NCBI GenBank assembly: GCA_905178155.1
Contig: CAJINV010000001.1
Location: forward strand, 1,290,606-1,354,605
Direction: 5' to 3'
DNA from: Amoebophrya sp. A120
Taxonomy: Eukaryota; Protista; Dinoflagellata
Length of the DNA stretch: 64,000 bases
Position numbers and translations under genes: made by a program. Positions 36,763-49,100 of the stretch are shown piece after piece (position 1 is the first letter of the stretch; each line of letters begins with the position of its first letter). Under the pieces are notes generated by a model. The model was not told where the DNA came from and did no database searches. It saw nothing but the letters and a program-made list of their open reading frames with translations.

Positions 36763-39359
36763 ATGGGGAAGAAAGGGAAGGGAAAGAAACTCTCCCCGGA
36801 GGAGAAGGCTCGGGAGGAGGCCCTCCTCGCCGAGGCTGCGGAAAAGAAGGAGCTCCAGTTGAATACGCATTGCAAAATTCTCGTTCGTAGTATAAATTGC
36901 ATCACAAGTTTTTTCATCAAAAACTACAAACACGCAATTTGTCATGCTAAAGCAGGTCGAAGGTTACTTAGTTCAGTTTTGTCATGCACGCTTGCAATTA
37001 GTACGAACACGACACTTGAACTTTTGCAATGCATATTGAAGGCGAAAAGGCTCAAGGCAGAATGCGAGGGCGAGGAGCGGCTGTACAACACGTTTTTGCA
37101 GGAGCGGGAGAAGGTCAACTACTTCTGGATTGTGGAGAAGAAAACCCTGGCCGAGAAGCAGGCCGACCTGCGAAATCAAGAGAGGCAACTGCAGGACCAG
37201 GAGGAGAGACACCAAATCGAATTGAAGATGTTCCAACAGAGACTGAAGCACTTAAGGTAGAAGTTTTACATATGTGGATGTGGTGACTTGCTGCACCTGT
37301 ATTCGCTTGTTTGTTGCGCCTCTGGGGAGTTGTTGAGTTGATGACTAGGCATTGACCTTGTTGTGGATTCTCGTCATGTTGCTAATTCGTATCTTGAGAG
37401 GCAAGTCGGTGGTAACCAGAGTAATAAATTCATAATCTTCTCTATGTCTCAGGTATCACGAGCAGGATGAAGTAGTAGAGCTGAAGCAGCAGAACGAATA
37501 CAAGCTCAAACTGCAGGAGGACAGGCATCGACTCGCGGAGGGGGAAGTCCGAAAAGACAAGGGAGCGGTGAAAAAGGAAGTAAGAACACAAGAAGTCCAA
37601 GTCGAAGAATACATCCGTATTGAATATTTATCGAGTTTAGCTTCAAATCAACACGTCTTGTTCTGCATGTTCACTTTTTTGCGATAAAAATGCAATCCGT
37701 ATAAAACACAACAGTGGTTGTTAGTTTGATCATCCAAACCCATCCGCATCCCCTCCACACAACGACCAGGTTCCCTGAAGTTGCAGCAAGACGCGAAGAT
37801 CCAACAGCTCCGGCTCGAGTTCGACGCCAAGGCGCGGGATTTGCAGGCGCACGCCGCACAGAAGATGAAGTCCGTAAGGGACGAGATGGAAAAGCAGCGG
37901 CAGCAGGAAAAGACCGGGCTAGAGGACGCCACCAACGCGCATATCGCGAGGTGTATGGCGCAAAACGCCAAGGATTTCCACGAAATCAAACTCTACTACG
38001 GAGACATCACGTCGTCCAACTTGGAGTTGATAAAAAGGTACCAAATGTTTGTGAAAAAACAAAGAACACTAGTTTGGTATTGATTTCGGAAAAATTCGCT
38101 GCTGCGCTAGTTCGTGTGGAAGAAGGACTGGGACGGTGCTTTTATCGGAATACACACACTAAATGCACGAGGGGAGTAGATGCATGTAAAAAAGTTGATG
38201 CGCATGTTGCTGAGAAAAAAAATTCGCAGGCTAAAGGAGGAGCACGCAGAGTTGAAGAAGCGGGAGTCCTCGGATGCGAAGCAAATGTACGACTTGCAAC
38301 AGAAAAACAAGCAACTGGCAGAGCCGTTGAAGAAAGCGCAGCAGGACGTGGAGAGGCTACAGGAAGAAGCGCAGTTGTATGCGCAGGACAAGAAGCGCTT
38401 GGCAAACGTGAAGGCAAAGATAAAGGATCAGGAGACGCAATTGAACACTAGGGCGTTCCAGAGCGAGGTACTTATGCTAAATTACTGTTTGCTCCTGTCA
38501 TGCAAATTCATACTACTCGACGGACGGGTCGATTTCGTTTCCGTTTGCTGCTGTTACCGATCCTGGCGCATCAAGACAGATACAGATTGTCTCCCATTAA
38601 TAAATCAGGTCTTGCTGCAGCAGACGGAGCGGGTAGAAAGGGAGCGCGACGAGCTGTACCATAAATTCAGTGACTGCATCTACAAAGTGCAACAGCGAAC
38701 GGGCTTGAAAAACCTGCTACTCGAGAAAAAGCTCTCCACCCTTGGCGAGCAACTGGAGATTACAGACGCGGAGGTACAACTGCGATCGATATTTTGCGAG
38801 AATCTGTGAGCGATCTTTCTCCTTCGTACGCATGTCATGGCTTCTTCTTTTGTTTTCTGCTCGAAATTAAGTAATACCGCAAGTGAGTCACTACATTCGA
38901 GTAAATGAATTTGATGACAGACTGTTGCAAATGCGAACCTGTTCTTCAACTTTCAGGTGTCCGAGCTTATTGCTTCCGCACAAGGCGCACCCGGGGTCGC
39001 ATCCAAGATGGAGGATTTGGTCCGACATAAGAACGAACAAATCGCGTCGCTGCACACTGAGGTACTTACTACGAACCTTCCGTTGACAAGGAGCCATTCT
39101 CTTCTTGATGCAAGAGCAAGCGTAGAAAGACAAAGATTCCTTTCGTTTTCGAACCTCTCATACACGGACTCCGCGCGAGTAGTACTAGTTCTCTTCTTTT
39201 GTGTCTGTTCCTAATTCCGGACCTTTTATTTACCCGAAAAACCAAAACTAACAGCTTCAGCGGGTACGGGATGCGCACCACACGATGACGAACTCGTACG
39301 GGTCGAAACTTGCCGCTCACGGCGTGCCTGTAGAGGAGCTTGGCTTTGTTCCAGCATGA
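36763..39359 (+). CDS. DRC4: Dynein regulatory complex subunit 4 (GAS8/trypanin)
   Basis: MGKKGKGKK..EERLYNTFLQEREKVNYFW..EERHQIELKMFQQRLKHL..FHEIKLYYGDITSSNLELIK..ERDELYHKF..VQQRTGLKNLLLEKKL..GVPVEELGFVPA*, characteristic of GAS8. Confidence 0.88.
36864..37035. mobile_element. B-like introner
   Basis: TAC..ATA tips, direct repeat TTGAA; joins ELQL-KAKR. Confidence 0.88.
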
Positions 39360-39839
39360 GAAATTGATTTAGAACTACTCGCGGCTCTTTCGCGAGAAAT
39401 CAAATCGATCTCAGTCCGATTCGTTGTCCGCAAAGTAAATCTAAATTAAATCGTCCACTCTTTTATCAGCAATAAACAAGTCTCATGCAAGATAGTGACA
39501 CTGGTTAATATTCTTTTATTTACACACTCACGACCAGCTGCCCTCTGTTCGTAGGAGGTCAACAAGGTCGGAAAAGAGCAGTACTACACGATAGTACTGC
39601 TCTCAGTAATACGGAGTTTTGAATTTGGCTTGATTTCACAAGAGAAGTTTTGAAACAGAGCATACAGGCTGGGGAAACTCATCTATCATTTGTGCTCCAA
39701 GTCGTGCTCTGTTCGTGGCTGCGAGATGAACCGAGTTAGAAGTAACTTCAACACAACTCTTGTACCGACAGAAAATGATCTGCTTAGCTCTTTTACGAAA
39801 CCTCTCAGCTCTGTCGAAGCTCGGGCTTCGGAATTCTTG

Positions 39840-40686
39840 TAAAATGAATTTTGACAAGAACTTCACAATCAGGACGCGGCTTGTGCGTGCGCAATGCCAG
39901 CGTAGACAGGTGCTCTCCTGTCTTGTGAATGCTAGCAAATGGTCGGCGAATGCCTTCCCAGCGTGTGGTGGCCTGCAATTGCAGGCGTCGAAGCAATAGG
40001 GCGGTGGCTGGCGAATGCCAGCGCTGACCCCACAGCTTGGCAGCGTCCAGCGTGCGTTGGCGTTGCAAGGGTGGCCAGCGAACGTTGTTCCTGGGACTCC
40101 TGCGGCCAGCAAAGAAGCGGCGGCGCCGCGAATGAGTGCCATGTGGAGGAGCGCCGCCCTGCACTTTTGTGCTAGGTATGCAGGACGCGTGCAGGGAAAT
40201 CACGAAGAGCGCAGGCCAAGGGCTTGCGGGTGGCTCCGTGTTATGACGCGAGCGTGCCGGCCTCCCTGAGCAGCGCTTGGGATATTTGCGTGAGGTCGGC
40301 CCCCTCGTCGACGGATGTTTGTCGGCGCTTGGGAAATGTATCAACATCCGCTCCTCGCGGACCTCACTCACACGTGCGCGCAGCGTCCGGTTCTCGCGGA
40401 CCTTGCCCACACGTGCGTGCAAAGGTTTGCACGAAATCGATGACATGGGGGTAGCCTGCTGCGGCAGCTGCTTGCCCATGATCTTCCCTGCAGGGGGCCC
40501 GTGGCTGGCGCCGTCACGTCCCCATGATGTGCATACTGGCTCGAGGTGTCGCGGACACCAACTACATAACAAAAAGGGCGGCTAGCTGTTGCTAGTGTTT
40601 CGCCCTCGCCCACCACTTTATCGAGACTCGCCGTGAAGGAAATTAAAATGAATTTTGACAAGAACTTCACAATCAGGACGCGGCTT
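39840..40686. repeat. 43-bp direct repeat pair flanking a GC-richer segment
   Basis: TAAAATGAATTTTGACAAGAACTTCACAATCAGGACGCGGCTT at 39840-39882 and 40644-40686. Confidence 0.8.
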
Positions 40687-41117
40687 CTGTGCAATTATCG
40701 AATGGCCTTGCCTGCAAAAAACGTATACGTTTGCAGGATGTTGAATTGGAGGGAATCGTCATTCTTTCGCGCAGCGTCGGTAAGAACGAGTGGCTGTTGA
40801 TATGTCGGTGAGAAGATTCATTTTGTCACTGTGAAGCAAGGCGAAGAACCAAGGAAATAGGTGCTATAATTTTTCGCTGCACGAGGATGGAGAGGCAGAC
40901 GAGGCGAGGGTCGCACACGTCCATCGAACATCAACCTGTAGCTGAATTCAATTTTGGATTTTTATTTTATGATATCGCATCGATGACAGTGCTGGGAGCG
41001 ACTTGCGCATCTGAACCTGTTGTTCCTCTCAATCAATTTAGTTAGTACACCAAAAACTACTGAAACATTCTTTGTGTCCTCCAGGAAGGACGATACGCTG
41101 GAACAAGCCCTTCCAAG

Positions 41118-43514
41118 ATGGTAAAAACAGACCCGGGGGAGATCCCCCTGAACCGGTTTTGCCCCCAGGCGGTGGGGGACCAGGCCATGTCCCAGCGGGC
41201 CAACGCACCCAAAGTCAGCCTCTCGAAATGCACACGCGAAATGCGGAAGAGTGTGTTTATTTCCAAGGAGGCAAGTAAGGGGGTTATGCCGGCCTGGACG
41301 CCCGGGGCAATATACGACGTCGCCAAGAGCACCCTGAACCTCGAGTCAGGTACTGCTTTTTATTCTCTATCATGGGGATTTCTTCATATCTGTATCTGTT
41401 TTTCTAATTTAACAAGCTTGACCGCATGACCGGCGTAAGAAAGCAAAGCCTCTAATGCCCACCGAGAGTGAGTTGTGACAAACACAAAACTGGTCTGCCA
41501 GGTCAGAAGTTTAACATGGGTCCGCAGAGAACGTTCGGGAAATCGATATCAAATGTAAAAATGTCTGGGTCTGGAAGAATGCAACTTGTGATGCTGAATT
41601 TGGATTCCAAAAAAATCTGTATTGCATGAGCAGCAAAGGGAATGCAATTTTTGCTACGCGGAGAGGGCATTTGTCATGCGGAATAGGCATCGCGAAACCC
41701 TCAAAAAATCTGTGATGCTAGGGCATGCATCACAGACATCATGGCCAATGCAAAACATGCATGACAAATCTCAGAATCTTCCAGACCCAGACATTTTTAC
41801 ATTTGATAATCGAAGAATAAGTACGACTGGGAGTCAAAGAAAGTGGACCATTTGTCCGGCAGGGTAAACGAAATCGCGAACTTGAACAGGTAATATAGTG
41901 ATACAAGTACTTCGTTCTCGGAGAAATATAAATAACAGGAGTAAGCAGGTCAACATCTAGAAGACTGCAAAGTTGATTTAGTTGTCTTGCAGCAGAGGAC
42001 TGTGCCTAGTCTACAGCATTTCCATCACATCACGGCTGATGATTTTTCCTACAGGACTCACCTCATATATGAGACAAAAATCTTCATCCAAAACAACAAA
42101 CCAGATGGAGCAAGCAGAGGGAGATATGTTTCACGCAGGAGCCGATTGGTCTCGCAAACAACATCGAGATCTTCAAGGCGCACCCGATCGCTTTTCAGGG
42201 CCTAGATTCTCCCGGACCCGGCCCCAAGCCCGACATTAGTAAGACCAGCAAGTTTCCCAACCCACCCAAGATGCCTATGGGGTTCTCAAACGTTACATTC
42301 TCAACTGTTACATGATTTGTCATGCAAAATGACCATGATCCGCCAGACGATCAAGCTGCTTCGCATGACAAATTCTCGGAAGGCTAAATAGCACTGTAAT
42401 CCGGATCAAACCTGTAATGCAAGACGCGCAAGGTTCTCCCTCTCACCTGTGCTAGTCTTGCATTACAAATTCATGTAACAGTTGAGAATGTAACGTTTGA
42501 GAACGCCATAATGCCGTTCGGCGTGAAAACCAACGTGGGGTCGATGTACGCCGGCGATCGGAGCATAAATCCCGACATCGGACTATTGCAATGAAAAATG
42601 CCCCCTCCCCATATCAAAACGGAAATCTGTGATGCAGATTTGTGGCCACAAATCAGCTTTGTGATGCTAGAAGGCAAAATATGCGGACTGTAGTGCTGCC
42701 TAGCGTGGGAAAGCCTTGCAGCTCCAAGATGACAGGAGGCAACTGGAAGTGGGAAACAGCATGACAGATTGCCTGCAATTTAGGCCGCAGCTTCGTCACT
42801 TGGCCTTCTAGCAATACAAGTCGATTTGTGTACTCAAATACAGCATCACAAATTCGCGCGTCTTCCGTTTCCGATATGGGGTGGGGGCTTTTTTCAATTT
42901 GATACGGACCCAGCTCCTACCCGCCAAGGACGTCCCTCGGCAACCAAATACTCTCACAGTGCGGCAACGCCACGACAAATTTGTTTCCCAAAGCGCCGAA
43001 ATTTGGCCGCGCAATAAAGAGTCAGGAGGAAGGTAGGGGAGTTATGGTTTTGAATTTTTTGCTAAAGTAGTATCAAGCGCATGTGGTCATCAAACAGGAT
43101 TGAAGTGCGCTGATTGAATTTATATGTTTGTATATGATTTTTATAACTGCATCAACCAGGTCCCAACGTGCACATGAACCTATCGGCGTTTGGGCCACAA
43201 GTCCGCGGCGACAAGCGCAGCGAACAGACGGTGGGCTTCGTTTTGGGAACACGAGCACAGGCACAGCGAATGACAAGATGCATGACGGAGATGGATAGCG
43301 GTAGATTTTTTTTTTGGTGTTGATGAGTAGAAATGGTCCTTGCATGCGTCTTCACGCTTCACGCAGCTGTTCCGCAGATGAGACTGATTTATTGATTTTG
43401 ATCCGAAACGACCATGCAGCTGCTCCGCCCGGGAAGGTGCGTTTACCGCACCCAGCCTTGCCTGCGGAGCGGAAGGTCATCGCGTTTTCCGGGTCTCTCG
43501 GCGCATTTTCGTAA
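41118..43514 (+). CDS. Putative STPG/ODF3(SHIPPO)-like flagellar protein, multi-exon
   Basis: TPGAIYD, PKMP-FG, DIG-PSSY..SLGNQILS..FPKAPKF, SAFGPQV motifs resemble PG-rich repeats; in frame across three introners. Confidence 0.55.
41547..41808. mobile_element. Introner family A
   Basis: Direct repeat ATCGA; near-perfect TIR; 262 bp. Confidence 0.93.
42276..42510. mobile_element. Introner family J (TIR core TTCTCAAACGTTACATTCTCAACTGTTACATGA)
   Basis: About 40-bp TIR, direct repeat ATGCC. Confidence 0.93.
42584..42904. mobile_element. Introner family D
   Basis: Direct repeat CGGAC. Confidence 0.92.
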
Positions 43515-44239
43515 AGTGGCTGGCGGGGTCGTGGTTCTTGCTGCGGTGCTTTGTGCGAGCAGTGGTCGTCAGCGTGTCTACTGAGAGCGTCGATTGTCAC
43601 AGAATGTCGATATCAATAGAGAAATTGATGTAGCCTGAAATAGCAATGAATGTAGTCTTACGCAAGCCAAATGTTGAATGCGAGAAAGAAACCCTTGTTT
43701 CACCTCTTGATTATATTAAGTATAGCGCAATTTGAAATCACTTTCGATACAGTGTAGCACTGCTACCCACTGCTCTCTTAATGTAAAAAACCAAAAACGC
43801 GAATTTTCATCGGAATAGGGAAAGCCCAGAAACGGAAATTGACAGACGGATGTCGCAAGAGGTGCGTGCACCTGCAAACAGTGTCGTGAGCTTTCGAAAG
43901 ATGATTTTTACGGTGGTGATTTGCACCGAAGTGAACCTGTATGATATGGAATGCGGCTGGGCTCCGTGAGATGCCACGAGCTATTTACTTACTTAGTACA
44001 AATAGGAACAGGAAGTCCTACGAAGCCGACCGGCCAGTTCCGCCGTTGTCTCTTTTTTAGCGGCTGAGTAAGTCAGTGTTCGCCTCTACTGGTTGGTCTC
44101 AGAAGACCACACGAGAGAGAGCACAAATGTAGGGAATGCAAATGGCCGAGCAATGAGGGCGCTCGCTGAGGCGCCACAAAAAGAGTCCTAATGTCTAAGT
44201 ACAGCCAAGCGCTCACGGAGTGCCGTGGCTAACTGAATC

Positions 44240-45870
44240 CAAAGCCTAGCGGGCGTCAGCCTCTCCTGCTCTCTGCGGGCCCTTTTGGATCGACTGCGCC
44301 AAAAGGCTGCAGCTCGTCGGTGTTGCTCTATTGCCTGGGCCGGCGAGGGCGGTCGGCGGCGTTGCTCTATTGCCGCCCGCTTGGTGGCCGCCCGCTTGGT
44401 GGCCGCCCGCCCTCTCGGTCGGCCCGTCGCGGCCGCCGGCGAAGCGAAGAACGGCGCCGCCGCCGGCGTTTTCCGGTGGGGACCTGATGGGCGGCGGGGC
44501 GAGACCGGTGTCGCGGGGGCTCGGGCCGATGTTTGGGCGTTCGGCCCGCCGCTGCCCCTCTGCCCCTGGCGGGCCCCGTTTCTTTGTCTGCTTCTTGCCG
44601 CGGCCGGGGGGGCGGGCGCCCTCGCCCCCAACGGTCGCACGCTCGCCCGCCCATCCTTGTTGCGCCCCGGCCGGGGGGCCTGCTAGCTAGCTTGCTACGT
44701 TCGCCCGGGCCACCGCCGCTCGGTGGCCCCGGGGATCGATGGGAGCCGCCCGGGGGGCGCCCAGCGGGGTACCGGAGGCGGGGGCGTTGCTTGCAGGCCG
44801 CACGGCAAACAGCCCCGCGGGGAAACTCCGAAGCGCCGCAAGGCCGGTAGGGGGGAGGCCAATCATGCCAAGGAAGCCTGCAGCCCCGGAGCGCAAGGTT
44901 TGCGCCGACCACATGTGCGCGCTGGCTCATTGGGAAGGGCCCGCGGCCGGGCGCCAAAAAGAAAGCTTCCCAGAGAGAACATGCGCGCCCAGATGTCCCA
45001 TCCTCTGCGACTACATAGCGGGAAGGCGGGCGCGGTAGGAATAAAAGAAGCCCCCGCAGAGGTGGAGGCATGTGAAGCGCGGAAGGCAGGGCGGGCCGCG
45101 TACTTGTGGCGCGGGCCAGTGCAGTGCTTGGGCGCGTGGGGCTTCTGCCAAGTCGGCAGGCAGCGTGCGAGCTCAGGCGGGGCTTGGGCCAGCGCCGAAT
45201 GTTGCCCGCCGCCACAGACAGTTTCCGGGCGGCCCGGCGCGGCGGCTGCATCATCCACATCTATGGCGAAGCCGGAACCCCCGAGCCAGCCGCTTCGGCT
45301 AGGCCATCGATCCCGCAAGAACTTTCAAAGGACGGCGAGCAGTAGCGGGCCTTTGTTTCTTTTGGGACGGACCTCGCTAGCCAGGCCGGGCGGGCCATGC
45401 ACCACCCTGGGCCAGCAGTTCGGCCAGGACCTAACCGCGGGCCATCCTTGGATGGCCTGAGGTTCGCAAGCCATCCAGGTCGGGCGGGCCCCGTCGGCCC
45501 GGGTGTTTTCCGTTGTTCCGGTCTCTCTTGCGAAGGAAGGCGCCAGCGGGCGCGCTTTTTGGTGGTGCATGCCCGGCGACGCATCTCAGCGCACGGCGCG
45601 TCTCCGGCCCCAACCTGGGTGGCTGGGCGCTCGCCTTTGCAGGCGGCGGCCCCCTCTTACTCTGACCTGATTGCGCCTCCCTTGGTCGGCTTCGGCCCGC
45701 CGGGCGTCGCGCTCTCTGCCAAGTGGTAAAGCGCGCTCGCAGCACGCGCACCATGCGGGCACTTCGTTGCCTGGCTGCGTCCCAAAATGATGGCCGTGTT
45801 CGCGGCATATTTTTATTTTCCATTGTTCGCCATCCACCGCCCCTGAGGCGAATGTTCTGCAGACAGGCCT
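44240..45870. other. Very GC-rich intergenic island, possibly a mobile-element remnant
   Basis: Abrupt composition shift; overlapping low-complexity ORFs in many frames; short internal repeats such as GCCGCCCGCTTGGTG. Confidence 0.45.
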
Positions 45871-46177
45871 GGCGTAGCTAATTAGTAAGTATCGACCCTC
45901 TCAAGCGTTACGGCTTCTTTTGCGGAGTGGAGAAGACTAAAGCAACGCGTGTGTTGTCAACCGCGATCCCACTTCTCAGAGCCACGCGTTCTTTCCCTAC
46001 TTCGTCTTCGAGGACGTGAGAATAAGGGGAGAGCGATGGATTGCTTACGCCTTCCTTCCACGGGCACAACTCAAGGATCATGCTGAAGCGCATTGCGGTG
46101 TTTATTTGCAAAAGCTGGTGTTTTATTTCAGACTGCAAAAGCCTAAGCCTTTGCCTCCCTGCACAGCAATATCAACC

Positions 46178-49100
46178 ATGACCCGTGTGACTTTCGTGGA
46201 TACGGCGGAGCGCAAGGGTTCCTGCGACAGCACCGGCGCCAAGTCTGTGTGTCGGGACTCCCCTGACACAAGTCCAGCGCGAAACGCGATAAAGCCGTGG
46301 GAGCCAAAGCCCCGTCGCAGCACCACCATACAAATCACGTTCGCTCGAGAAAGGAATGCAAATCCAAGCGTTTACGGCACCGTTCCGGACCTGCCCGCAG
46401 GAAGCACTCGGGAACGTTCCCGAGCCCTCATCGCACAAACGCGACGACGTAAGCTTTGCCTGTTTTTGAGCAAGAAGTAATATACGCCCATACAAAAAAA
46501 TGCACTGGTCTGCGCAGCAGACAAAAATGAAGAATCATAGTTTAATCCACCACCCTACCAGGAGGTGTGCCGCAGGGCAACGGGCTCGCAATCGACTTGA
46601 CCTCGGATGCGACGGAGATGAAGCAGCTGGCGGAAGCGATCGTGGACGACGAAAGGACGGCCCAGATGGCGGCCAGTACCGCCTACCAGGCCATGCACGC
46701 GACGCGGATGTACCACGAGCCCGAGAATCCGCAGATTGTCCGCCCGCTCCTCGGTTCTTCTTGCTACGACAGCTTGCTCTTCGACGCGGATCTACAAGAC
46801 GCGTACCGCTTCGAACAGGCGCTGCGCTCGGTGGGTGCGAATGTACAGGCGAGGGATTGTGTGGGAGGTACTTTTTTTAGGCTGCTTTTCTAAGTAGTTT
46901 TGCTGATGGAGCGACAGCGACTGATAGTACTGATCCTGTTATAATGTAGAAACTGGTTCACTAGTGTCCATTTACATTTTCATGATGTGCCGCGAAAGTA
47001 AGTAGACGCAGGAGGCGAACATGACAAACGATCAGGTCACGCTTTGATCCACCTGTTGGCCCTATGAGAGTGCACAACTCCCCTTCCCCCTCATTTGTAT
47101 AGCATGAACACCAGCAATACAAACATCAGCACGGGTGGAGGCTACGCATGACAAATTTGTGAACCTAGTATAGTTCTGTTTGGGCAGCATCCGGAATTTG
47201 TCATGCAAACAGTGCTACAAGGCAGCGTCTGGATTTGAGATTTTGCATGACAAATGAGGGCGGGACGGGGGAGTTGTGCACTGTTATAGGCCCGTTATGC
47301 GGACCGACCCGGTGTTACGGACAACTGGTTCCTGGACCGGGTGAAAACTCTGCGGAAACGCTATCGTGAGGAAAAATCCCCCCTCCCCATATCGAAACGA
47401 AGTTTCTGATGCTGGATTTCCGTACACAAATCAGATTTGTCTTGCAGTAGAGGACTGCAGGCATATGTCAAGCCTCAGTCGAGAGGTTTTGACGTAGGCG
47501 CCTAGCATGACAAACGTGTATGCTCTAAGCCCAACAGCATCACAAACCGCCCGGAAAATGCGGGGCGCTCTCTGGACTTGCCTTCTTGCAAGACAGACAG
47601 GATTTGAGGTCACAAATGCGCATCACAAATTTTCAGACGGATACGTTTTCAATATGGGGAGGGGGAGTTTTTCCTTACGATAAACGCGGGAGCGACAACC
47701 GCTGCGCGGTAGACTCCTTGGGTGCAGCGCCGCTGCTCGCCGGCTTGGAAATGTATTCGCTGCTGTTCACCCGTGCTTTGCTGCGCACCGAGCTCGGCGA
47801 GACCTGGTGCCGCCAGCACTTGATCGCCTGTCCGCTGTACGCGATGAATAATGGCGAAGAACTACAGGCTGAAAAAGGATCGGGAAATAATGACTCAGCC
47901 TCATCGGCTTTCCCTTCCTTACAGCAGCGTCGGGCCAAGATGCAGCAGCAAACGAAACTGCTGTCCGCGCTGAAGAAGAACTACCTCGCCGCAACAGAAA
48001 AATTACACCCAAGTCGAACTGCAGGGGGAGAAGTAGCACCACAGGTCGTGTCTACTGCATCTACTTCCGGTTGTTCACTAGCTGGTACCACCATTCCGGG
48101 GTTGCTCGAGATGATGCAAAGCGGTGCGGCGGCGCCGATTTTGCGCCAAGTTCCCTTCAACAAGCACACCGGCCAGCTCTCCTGGTTTACCGCGCTTCAC
48201 TCTGCCGCACTGAAGGGGAATGCAAAGGCGGTCGTTTTGTTTCATCTCCTCGGCTTCGACGTAAACTACTCGTGCAGTGCGAACCAACAGGAATTTATGC
48301 CTACGCCGAAAGGTGGTCATGGTCTTGCTGCCGCAGCGGGAGGTTTGTACAATAAGCCACTGCTGAAAGCGTCGCAGAGCGAAGATCTCGACAGCTGCCA
48401 GCAATTTTCCCCGAACGGAAGCACTACGTCCAGCAACTTTTTTGCCAGTGCCGTCCGGCGCGGCAGGTCGGCCTCGCACCAGTCGTCCGCGAGCGGGGTC
48501 AGTATGATCCACAACAAATTGATGCGCCAGCAATTGCAGCTCGGGGGCTTACCGACGTCGAAGAGGGAACAAAACATAGATGAGCAAAATGGTCCGGCAA
48601 ACAACGCGAACAATAGCGGAAGACCCGGGTCTTTGGATACCACCTCCAACTCTTCTTCCGCGAGAAATAACTATCCGAACTCGTCCCGCAGCGTCTGTAG
48701 CACCGGTTTCGGCGCCGGAATTGCGCACCGCCACGAGTCGCCCCTCTGGATCGCCATTCAGTACGGTCGCACGGAAGTGGTGCGGGCGTTGTTGCAGTGC
48801 GGATGCGTGCCGAAGGAAAATTCAAAAGGTATCTATAGGAAGATGCATTGAGCAGTAGAAAATTTTTCTCTGTTGCTACTTGCAGTGAGTCATAAGTTGC
48901 TCGCGTATGAGTCAGTATGTGACTTCTCGTATGTTCACCATTATCATCATCGAGTGTGATGACTACGATCGATGACAGGCGAGAGCCCCCTGCGCGTTGC
49001 CGAGCACCTCGGGTTTTCGGAGATCGCGACGTTGCTGCAGGACTACTACAATTGCCCGGGCGAACTGTACCACGAGACGTACTGTTTACCGACCGCTTCG

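Noticed and set aside
44188-45837. Long overlapping ORFs up to 297 aa
   Set aside because: Stop-codon scarcity from extreme GC content; no recognisable domain.
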